A stretch of 21,801 nt of DNA from contig JAIVFI010000051.1 in NCBI GenBank assembly GCA_025558095.1, positions 1 through 21,801 of the forward strand. Direction: 5' to 3'. Shown in pieces: positions 9,805-17,917 of the stretch; the first letter of the stretch is position 1; each line of letters opens with the position of its first letter. The DNA comes from Hyaloraphidium curvatum SAG 235-1 (taxonomy: Eukaryota; Fungi; Monoblepharomycota). The position numbers were made by a program, and so were the translations under genes. The notes below the pieces were generated by a model. The model made no database searches, was not told the DNA's origin, and saw only the letters and a list, made by a program, of their open reading frames with translations.

Positions 9805-12371
9805 TCACGACTGCGCGGAAAACAGTCCCCGGAAGAAGTTGACGGTGTTGAGCAGCCGGCTGTGCCGCCCAAAGTACGCCTCGGTGGTCTGCACCATCTG
9901 CGCCACGTTCGCGAACCCCATCTGGCCCACCAGCGCGGCGTTGAGCGACTCGATGCCCACGTCGCCGGGGGGCGGGTCGTCGCCGAAGTAGTCCCCCAGG
10001 CCGGCCGAGTGCAGGGCGAGCTTGAGGGCGAGGCAGAGGAAGACGGCGGTCGGGCGGCGCTCGCCCAGGCGGTCGAGCACCGAGATGGCGATCTCGACGC
10101 GCTCCTTGAGCTCGTTGTGAAGCGCCTGCAGGTCGCCTGCGGGGACGGAGGAGATCTTCTTGACGAGCATGATGTGGAGCTGTGCGGCACGACGGCGGCG
10201 TCAGCATCGCAGCTCCACAGAAGCACACCGCCACGCAGCCCACCTGGGTGGTGAAGATCACCGCCTCGGTCGCCCAGAACGGCAGAAGCTCCACCTCCAC
10301 GGCCGGCAGCAGCCCCGTCAGCAGCGACGAGTGCTCCGCCGCCACCAGAAAGTCCGTGCTCGCCAGCCACTCGGCGTCCCCGAGCAGGTTGTACCCCTTG
10401 GGCGGGGTGTGCAGGAGCTCCTGCACCCAGTGGTAGTAGATCAGCACGTGCACGGCGAGGGTGCGGGGCATGCCGTCGGCGGGGGCGGGGGTAGGCGGGC
10501 GGCTGGAGACGTAGGCGCTGGATTCCTCGTGGGGGAGGCAGTCGTGCCACGCGCGGAGCTGCGCCTCGAGGAACTGCTTGTGCGCGGAGGTGCGGTGCAC
10601 GTCGCGCTGGTAGTCGACGACCAGGGTCTGCGGCCGGCGGGCGTGTCAGCGGGTCCGAGGCGTCCACCGGGCCGACGACGAACCAGGATGTACTGCAGCA
10701 CGATCCCCTTGGCCATGCTCGACATCTGCGGCAGGAGCAGCGGGTACGCCTGCGGTCCGGCCATGAACATGCCCAGCGTCACCGGCACCCTGCCCGCCGC
10801 TTCCGGCCCCGGCCCGCCCGCGATGAACACCTCGTCGTGGCAAGGCATCGGCAGTTGCTCCATCCTCTCGAGCGGGATGGTGAAGTACCGCACGGACGAC
10901 AGCACGGTGAAGTTGCGGTCGTACAAGAAGAGCATCCACAGCAGCCGCCGCCGCTCCTCCCACCGGATCCAGTCGTCCCCCGTGCGGCCCTGCCGGCGGA
11001 GCTCCTCCATCGGGAGTTCCCGCCCGAGCAGGAGCAGCGTGTCGACGGTGCGGACGCCGGAGTACTTGTGGGCCGAGAGGGCGCCGAACGCAAAGGCGGC
11101 CTGCAGCAGGACGGCGACCTCGTAGGCTTCGACGGGGCGGGTGGGGATGAAAATCCGCGAGAGGATGGACTGTTGCACCCCGAGGAAGATGTGCTCGCCC
11201 AGCTCGGAGCGGGAGCGGTGCGGGGAGGAGGCGACGATGGGGTCGAGCGCGGGATCAGAGGAGAACTTGATCGCCATGGCGAGCACCGAAAGGATGACAT
11301 AGGAGGGGTAGGCCGAGGGTCGGTAGAGCAGGCTTGGGGGGTGGAAGATGGGGTTGGTGGGCCAGACGTAGCGGAAGTAGGTCCGGATCAGGCTGGTGTA
11401 GAGCGCCTGGTCGACCATGAAGGGCATGTCCATGGCGGCGCTGACGGCCATGAAGGCGGGTGCCGAAGGCGCCGGCGGCGAGAAGGAGGCAGGGTTGGAG
11501 GGGAAGGCGGCCTGAGCGGCAAACGCCGGCGGCTCGTTGAGTGGTGCCATGGCGGCCGACTGGTAGACGCCGATGGAGCTGGATCCGCTGGTCCCCGGGT
11601 AGCCGAGCGGGACAAATGGCATGCCGTTCGGGGCATGCACGGGCGAGGGAAGCCCGGGGAACACCGACGGCTGGAACGCGAGCTGCTGGCCCGGCGCCAG
11701 GAACTGTGTCTGCAAGCCAACCTCGAACGGCACAGGCGAGGCGACCACCATCTGCCTCGGGTCAACGGGGTGCGCCGAGCCGTTGCCGAGCATCCCGTCC
11801 GACGGGTACCGCGCGACGGAGCCGTACTCCGACTCGGAGGGGATGGAGCCCGAGTTGCCCGACGCGCCGGTGCTCGAACGCTGCACGGGGCGCGAGCCGT
11901 TCGTCTCGGTGGGCGAAGTCTGCTGCAGCGCGCGCGCCTCTGCCCTGCGGGACTCTTCCAGCATCTGCTCCAATTTTTCGAGGCGCTCTGCAATAAGGGG
12001 GGGGGGGTTGGAACGGGGATCAGCGGGGGATGGGAGGCAGGCGCCCCACCCTTCATCGAGGTCGAGCCCTTCGGCGGCCCGCGCTTCTTGACGCTGCGCG
12101 TGAACAAGCAGTCGAGGTCCTTGCGCTCGCAGCGGCCGCACCGCGGCGCCGCGCCGTCGCACTTTGCCCGCCGAGCCGAACACGCCTGAACGGGGAGGGA
12201 ACGGGGCGCGGCCACCGGGCGACCGCGTCAGCAATACAAACATGATTAGAAAGCAGGTTACCGCACATCGCAGGCCGTCGTCGCGCGCTGCGGGCGGGAG
12301 TCAGCGGTCGCCCGGGGTGGCAAGGCCACCGCGCCCACCTGCCGTCCGCCGCCGCCGCCGTTTCCGTCCAT
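9805..12371 (-). CDS. Zn(II)2Cys6 (Gal4-family) transcription factor with a fungal TF middle homology region, ~750 aa, 6 exons
   Basis: Exons 12371-12339, 12287-12267, 12185-12050, 11987-10684, 10627-10244 and 10179-9805; all introns are GT-AG with GCTGAC/GCTGAT branch sites and the phases are consistent. The spliced N-terminus MDGNGGGGGRQRATTACDACSARRAKCDGAAPRCGRCERKDLDCLF matches CX2CX6CX6CX2CX6C. It is followed by the linker KKRGPPKG, the coiled coil ERLEKLEQML, and the middle-region motifs LIRTYFRYVWPTNPIFH and EERRRLLWMLFLYD. Confidence 0.93.
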
Positions 12372-12534
12372 CTCGCTGCGGTGCGCGCGTTCGACCGCTG
12401 GGAGGCCCGCGTCGCGCCGCGTTGGACCCCGAGGCCGGCCGGGCTGTGGGTGGTGGTCGGCCGGCGGCGTTCGGTCGGGAACCCGATGACGGCTGGGGTT
12501 GGTTGTCCCTACTTCGCCTCCTTCGCCGTTCCAC

Positions 12535-13150
12535 AGAAACTTGGAATCTGGCGAAGTGCGGAGGCAGCGCTGCTTAGTCCGGATAAAATGGATTCTGCCA
12601 GCCGGATGGCATGGCGGAGCCAAACGGGAGCGTTTGAGGACCCGGCGGGAAGGGGAGTCTTTCCGGGGGCGCACCGCCGCTTTGGCCGTCGGCCAGCTAG
12701 TCCGCACGCGCCGCTGGCATGCAGGCATCACCGCTCGCTCACAACATCCGGAAAGCGTTTCCGGCAAATGCGGAAAAGGTGCGGCGCGATCCCGCTTCGC
12801 CAGCGCTCTCCGACTTCTACCGCCCCCGGGGGAGAATGTGGGATTCCGGTGCTCAGCGCAGCCATCCGCCGCGAGGTACCCACCCGCGTGGCTCCGCTGG
12901 CGATCCGCGATCACCTCTACTGATTCCGAGCGGACGGGCACAGGGCTTGCGGGGGAAGGACAGCCGAGGGTAGGGGCCGGGAAAACGGAGAAACCGGGGT
13001 GGCAACGGCCTTGGGCCCCGCGACTGCAAGGAAAAGGCGACTACCTGGCGGAAAAGTGGTCTCCTGGGTTGTGTCTCTTGTTCTTGTGCCTCGCTTCCAC
13101 CCAGCGCGACAGAAGAGCCTCACAAAGCTGACGTGGCTTCACGCACCCCA
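12535..13150. repeat. Conserved non-coding element upstream of the Zn2Cys6 gene (function unknown)
   Basis: Aligns by eye at roughly 80% identity, in the same orientation, to ~14717-15337. Indels between the copies are not multiples of 3, so it is non-coding. Boundaries are approximate. Confidence 0.8.
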
Positions 13151-13631
13151 GCCCTCGCCGGGTGATTCCATCAGCTTGTCTGTCGTCCTACCGCAGAAGA
13201 ATCCAGTTTTTCTGGAGCGGATTCGCCGATCTTCATGCTTGATGTTGCGGACGTTGCGTGACTTCGTCCTCAGACGACGCTAATACCCCCTTGGAGACGG
13301 CACGCTGGGTTGGGGCAGAGGCGATTCGGACGTGGCGGAATCCCGACGTGCTAAGGCTCCTGCTCGATCTCGACACCATCCGTGCCGACACATCTCTTTG
13401 TTTGTTTTGCACATTTCCTCGGTGCAGCAATTGTCGCAGATGCGTGATCGCGGCATCATAAGAAGGCTTGCGAAAGCGACATCGGGCACGTCGAATATCC
13501 CCGAGCCCCGCTTGCTCTATACAATATGCTCCTACGCAGAGGCGAGTACACTTTGACCGGTCCCAACCCTGTGGAGATCCAAAGTCACCCAACACGCCAC
13601 AATCATTTCGCTTGCATGCCGCAATCCAACG

Positions 13632-14600
13632 TCATGCGAGGAAAGCCGCGCCGAGCGCGCCGACGGTCCCCCAGATCCCCCAACCGGCCGACGTGCGCGG
13701 GGCGGATGCGGGCCTGATGGTGACGGGGGAACCCTGGGACACCGTCGAAGAGGAGGTCGCCTTGACTGTCGCCGTGGTCGTCTGCGCGGCCGGGAGAACG
13801 GACGTCTGCGTCGCCTGGGCGGTTTGCGCGATCGAAGTGCCGCTGCGGGTCCTCGAGGCGCCCGAGGTCCCGTTGTTGGCACCGTCGTCGAACAGGAAAC
13901 CGGCAGCGTCCTCAGTTTCGGTGTCGCCTTCGGTAGCGGGATCGGTTCCGGGAGCAGCGGTCGGGCTCGCCTCGGGGTCGGCTCCGGTAGCCGGATCGGT
14001 ACCGGGAGCGGGGCTCGGGCTAGCCTCGACGGCCACGGACGTGCCCGGCGGCGTCCCCTTGGCGTACTCGCCCCCGTCGACGAAGAACGTGATGCAGCGC
14101 CGCTCCTGCGGGAGACCACTATTGATAAAGGTGTCCGGCGTCACGGAACGGCCCGCAATCTCGAAGTTCTGCAGCTCGATGAAGATGCACTTCCCGTTGA
14201 GGCCGGCCAGGTCCAGGTTGGGCGCGGCGACGACCTTTCCTCCCTGGATTTGGAAGGCATTGCAATCGGCAGCGTTGAAGGCGCCGGGGATGTGCAAGCC
14301 GTAACTCGTCACCTCGCCCAACGGGGTGTACCTGGACGGAGGCCTGAACGCGGCGATGGAGGACGAAACCACGCCTCCGGCCGGAGTCACGGCTAGGCGG
14401 GGAACGTTCAACCCGCTGTCGACGAACACAAATCCACAGGTCTCAAAGGGATCGGCGGTACAGTCGAATCCCGTCGAGAGGATCTTCATGCCAGCGTCGA
14501 ATATCGGCCGGCCGCATTCGTCCGTCTTCTGGGCTGCGCCCGCTGGCGCAAGCATGAAGGGGAGCGCGAGCACGGCGAGAAGGGTGGCGGGTCGGGGCAT
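13632..14600 (-). CDS. Putative secreted/GPI-anchored cell-surface protein, 322 aa, intronless
   Basis: ATG at 14600 begins a signal-peptide-like MPRPATLLAVLALPFMLAPAGA. It is followed by a ~160 aa region with 6 Cys, a Pro/Ser/Thr/Ala-rich stalk, and a hydrophobic C-terminus (GWGIWGTVGALGAAFLA*) with no cytoplasmic tail. Confidence 0.8.
   Translation of the reverse strand: MPRPATLLAVLALPFMLAPAGAAQKTDECGRPIFDAGMKILSTGFDCTADPFETCGFVFVDSGLNVPRLAVTPAGGVVSSSIAAFRPPSRYTPLGEVTSYGLHIPGAFNAADCNAFQIQGGKVVAAPNLDLAGLNGKCIFIELQNFEIAGRSVTPDTFINSGLPQERRCITFFVDGGEYAKGTPPGTSVAVEASPSPAPGTDPATGADPEASPTAAPGTDPATEGDTETEDAAGFLFDDGANNGTSGASRTRSGTSIAQTAQATQTSVLPAAQTTTATVKATSSSTVSQGSPVTIRPASAPRTSAGWGIWGTVGALGAAFLA
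13920..14027 (-). repeat. Two imperfect 54-bp coding tandem repeats
   Basis: They encode EASPSPAPGTDPATGADP (14027-13974) and EASPTAAPGTDPATEGDT (13973-13920). Confidence 0.85.
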
Positions 14601-14716
14601 GGTGTTGCCGTTGCTGTGGGGGAGAAGAAGATCGGGGGGAAGCGGGCGGGCTATGCACTTAACTTGATTGTTGCGGGCCAAGAATTGTCGCGCGCCGCGT
14701 TTCATGGAACGACGCG

Positions 14717-15337
14717 GGAAGCTTGAACGGCGGCGGAGCGCGGAGGCAGCGCTGCCCAGTCCGGATGAAAGTGGCTCAGCACAGGTTGGCATGATGGGGC
14801 CAAACAGGAGCGTTGGAGGACCCGGCGGGAGGGGGAGTCTCTCCGGGACGAGCACCGCCGCCGCGGCCGTCGGCCAGCTAGTCCGCACGCGCCACTGGCA
14901 TGCAGCACCGCCGCTCGCTGCAGGACATCCGGAAAGCGTTTACGGCAAAGGCGGAAAAGGTCCGGCGCGATCCCGCCTCGCCGGCGCTCGCCGACTTCTC
15001 TACGGTCCCCTGGGGAAGGCAGAATGTGAGATTCCGGTGCCCAGCGCAGCCATCCGCCGCGAGGCACGCACCCGCGTGGCTCCGCTGGCTTTCCGCGATT
15101 ACCCTAAATAATAGCGAGGGGACTGGCTCAGGGCTTGCGCGGGAGGGACCGCTGAGGGTAGGGACCGGGAAAGCGGAGAAACCGGGTGGCAACGGCCTTG
15201 GCCTCCGCGATTGCTGTTATGGGAGGTTCACCAAGCGGATAATGAGTCCATTAAGTTCGTGTCGCTTGTTGTTGTGCCGCGTTTCCACCCAGCGCAGGAG
15301 AATGGCGCGACAAGTGGAAGTGGCTTCCTCGGCCCAG
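14717..15337. repeat. Diverged copy of the conserved non-coding element, upstream of the secreted-protein gene
   Basis: Shares long exact blocks with 12535-13150, e.g. gcggaggcagcgctgc, gaggacccggcggga, ggccgtcggccagctagtccgcacgcgcc, cagcgcagccatccgccgcgagg, cacccgcgtggctccgctggc and ggtggcaacggccttgg. Confidence 0.85.
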
Positions 15338-15625
15338 TTTGACTTCGACCAGTACCCTTAGCCCACCTCTCGATTCATCGGATTCTGAAAAACCCCATTG
15401 GAGCTGCTTCAGCTGTGATAACTGTTGCCCGTGGACTGAAAACATCAGACGTTTGTTTTGCGCTTTTGTCCTCCACGTCTCGAACGAGTCACCCACTCAT
15501 AGACAGGACACTCTCACCAACGGGCGAAGACGATAGACATGGCAATGCTCTTCCGCAACGACCTGGAAGTGGAAGCCGGGGGCCACGCTAGTGGTGAGGT
15601 TCTCCTCCCGCACGCCAGCATGTGC

Positions 15626-16892
15626 ATGGACGACCGGCCGACCGGCTCCTCTGGATCAAAGCGGCCTGCCTGGCCTGCGGCCAGAAAGACGATCCCCTGC
15701 GGCGCTGCGGTGCCTGCCAGACGGCGCCGTACTGTTCCAAGGAATGCCAGCGGGGCCACTGGGCTGCGCACCGGGAAGCCTGCCCCGTCCTCCTCCACCC
15801 GTTCGACTGTGCCTGAGCGGCCATCGCCCGTCCGGCTCGGAAACAAGCACGGCCGGGAAGCCACGCGCTCCAAGCCGACGGCCCCGTGTCCCGTCGTGAA
15901 CATCGTCAGCGACGCGGGCGCCCGGGCGCGCTGATGGTTGCGGCCTACAACGCCGAGAGAATGACTCTACGCGAAAGACGTTGGAGATCTGCGAAAAGAA
16001 GGGGATCGAGGTCGTGCCCGACGCCTTCGACTGCAACGCAATCTGGACGTCGACCAATGGCTTCACCACGTAGCCCGTCACGCCGGGCATAATGAAGGAC
16101 GGTGCGCAGCGTGATTCGAGGGTCATGACCTACGTCGAAACCATTATCAACGAGGATGGGCAGCGGACGCTGGCACTGGCCAATGATCTCGGCATTCGGG
16201 CGAAAGTTCTGGTCAGCTCCTTCGGCGACATCGCAAGCCGCGCATTCCCGGCGCTTCCGCCTGAGGCACCTCCTTCAATGGCCGATCTGTCGGCAACGAA
16301 GGTCAAGCGCACATGCGACGGCCACCGCAAGCCCGTGCTCCCCGGCTGCGAGGAATGGGAGTTCCTTCACTGCCTTCTGCCTTCGGCGCCTGTAGCTACG
16401 CCCTCCGCACTCGACCCATCAAACCCCGATTCGCCCCTCTTCTTCCGCCGCACGCCCCCTGCTGCACCGTACGCGCCGGATGCGATTGAAGGCCGCGTGC
16501 TGACCGCCTCGGACCACCCGGGCCCCTTCTTCGCCCTCCCGGGGGACAGCATCACCGCGTTCGCGCTGTGCACCGCGCTCCCGACGAACTCCCTCGGCCT
16601 CGCCCCCGGATTGCACGTCCAGCACGTGGAGGTCAACACGAGCACGGGGCTCTTCCGGGTGCTCGGTGCCTCGGGGTGGAGCTTCGGCACGGTCGTGCCG
16701 GACAAGATGGGGCGGTACATCGCGGCGATGGGGGCGCGGTGCGCGGATTGTGAGGGGCCGGAGGGGCCGGAAGGGTGGCGGCGGCCGGCCAGCAAGAAGG
16801 CGATCGATGAGGAGCGCGATCGGAGGTTCGGGGTCAAGGCGTGCGGCCAGAAATACGGCAGCAACCAGTACGTTCCCTATCCTCTCAAATAA
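15626..16892 (+). pseudogene. MYND-type zinc finger protein gene, disrupted by frameshifts and an in-frame stop (or mis-sequenced)
   Basis: 15667-15783 encodes CLAC-x9-CGAC-x4-YCSKECQRGHWAAHREAC, a canonical zf-MYND, but that frame stops at 15816. Protein-like sequence continues in other frames (...TLEICEKKGIEVVPDAFDCNAIWTSTNGFTT*PVTPGIMKD...), with a TAG at 16071 in frame with the 266-aa ORF at 16092-16892. The start is uncertain (ATG at 15626 or 15539). Confidence 0.65.
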
Positions 16893-16997
16893 CGTAGCTC
16901 TGGAGGGTACAATGGTTTTCTTCGAGTAGATCGACGACAAGGGGAATCGGCGACAGGGGGGAGTGACCGGACCCAGCCATCAGCTGGAAACCTCGCA

Positions 16998-17789
16998 ATG
17001 TCCTGCACTTGTGGCGCCTTGGACGAGGTTATGGCGCTACGGAGACGCGTCGAGGTGTGCGAGTGGCAGCTTGCCAACGCCGAAGCGCGAAGCGCGGAGC
17101 TGGAGCGCGAGAACGACGCGTTGCGAACCTCTGCTGTAGGGGCGCGATCCGGCGCCTCCCAAGGGCTCGGGGCCGCCGGCTATGGAACCTCCGGACATTC
17201 TGTGGCACATACGGATCCGGTCGTCGGGACTGCGCCCGCTTTGGCGTCCCCAGAGCAGGAGAGGGCAGAGGCATTCCCGGAGCTTGACTTGTCTGAGGAC
17301 GGGGACAGATCGAACATCGGCGACGCGTTCTTGGAGCCCGAGCATGCTCAAAAACAAGCTCGGAGAGCAGCATTGGAAACCGACGACGACTCAATGGACC
17401 CGCCCTACGACTCGGACGCCGAAGCGGATCTCCACTCCCGCACACCCCTCCGGACACCCCTATCGGTGTGCGAATCCGCCGTCCGCCACGCCGACGAAGC
17501 GTACCCGGACCACCTGACCCTACTGGAGCTCAAAACCCTGCTGGAATCCGACGCCGCGTTCCCCCCGCTGGGGGTGCCCGACACGTTGCCCGCGCTGTGG
17601 AAGCTCCTCCTCAACAACCGCACCCCGGGGACGCTGAGGATGTGGTCGTTCCCCGGCAGCGGGCAGGGGGAGCAGCGGAGGCTCGTGGGGTCGGGGGAGA
17701 CGGAGGTGCCCGAGGAGCATCAGGGGAGAAGGGGGTTCGTGGACTACGGCACTGACGGGGTGGAGCCGGTGAACGATATGTACCGATGA
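16998..17789 (+). CDS. Hypothetical protein with an N-terminal coiled coil
   Basis: 263-aa ATG-initiated ORF with protein-like composition: heptad-like LRRRVEVCEWQLANAEARSAELERENDALR, an acidic disordered middle and a small helical C-terminal region. No family recognised, and the 3' end could be spliced differently. Confidence 0.55.
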   Translation: MSCTCGALDEVMALRRRVEVCEWQLANAEARSAELERENDALRTSAVGARSGASQGLGAAGYGTSGHSVAHTDPVVGTAPALASPEQERAEAFPELDLSEDGDRSNIGDAFLEPEHAQKQARRAALETDDDSMDPPYDSDAEADLHSRTPLRTPLSVCESAVRHADEAYPDHLTLLELKTLLESDAAFPPLGVPDTLPALWKLLLNNRTPGTLRMWSFPGSGQGEQRRLVGSGETEVPEEHQGRRGFVDYGTDGVEPVNDMYR

Positions 17790-17917
17790 AGGAGTCGAAG
17801 CATGTTTTCTGCTGCGCCAACGTGGTCTACCGGGGCCTGTGTCGTAGCAAGCTACGGCCAAGTGCGCCCGCTAGCCCGTCGAGCAGGAGCAAGAAGTCTA
17901 CTTCCGATTCCATCGCG

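Larger units (their letters stand above)
1..13545. repeat. Direct tandem array of a ~5.85 kb unit (partial copy 1-1836; full copies 1837-7696 and 7697-13545); continues beyond the left edge of the window
   Basis: The sequence at position 1 (gtctgcaagccaacctcgaac) recurs at ~5856 and 11708, and ORFs repeat at offsets of ~5860 and ~11707. The same junction, cctacgcagaggcga|ccagtctcgg, occurs at 1836/1837 and 7696/7697. The last copy instead continues aggcga|gtacac into unique DNA at 13545/13546. Confidence 0.97.

Noticed and set aside
11997-12007. Poly-G run (11-13 G depending on copy) as a G-quadruplex or phase-variation tract
   Set aside because: It is the poly-C tract inside intron 3 of the transcription factor on the minus strand. 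The length difference is compatible with homopolymer error and does not affect the frame.
8482-12189. Long plus-strand ORFs such as 8482-9651, 10160-11125 and 10837-12189
   Set aside because: Antisense mirrors of the synthetase and transcription factor exons.
12690-13065. Resemblance to group I intron core words (agctagtc, caaatgcggaaaa, cgcagcca, gactac...gtggtc)
   Set aside because: There is no proper R/S pair (CAGACUA / AAGAUAUAGUC), the P4- and P7-like pairings are not conserved in the diverged copy, and there is no host gene.
12765-13125. RNase P/MRP-like words (ggaaaaggt, gagaaa...tggcaa, acagaa)
   Set aside because: No P4 helix complementarity was found, and the CR-V-like word is not conserved in the second copy.
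1-13545. Repeat-induced point mutation, or a transposon/LTR origin for the array
   Set aside because: Copies differ mainly by indels rather than C-to-T transitions, and no transposase, reverse transcriptase, terminal repeats or target-site duplication is visible.
12258-13595. Assorted ORFs in the upstream region of the transcription factor, and their copies at 551-1929, 6411-7640 and 14668-15361
   Set aside because: Frames are not preserved between the diverged copies and no domain is recognisable, so the region is treated as non-coding.
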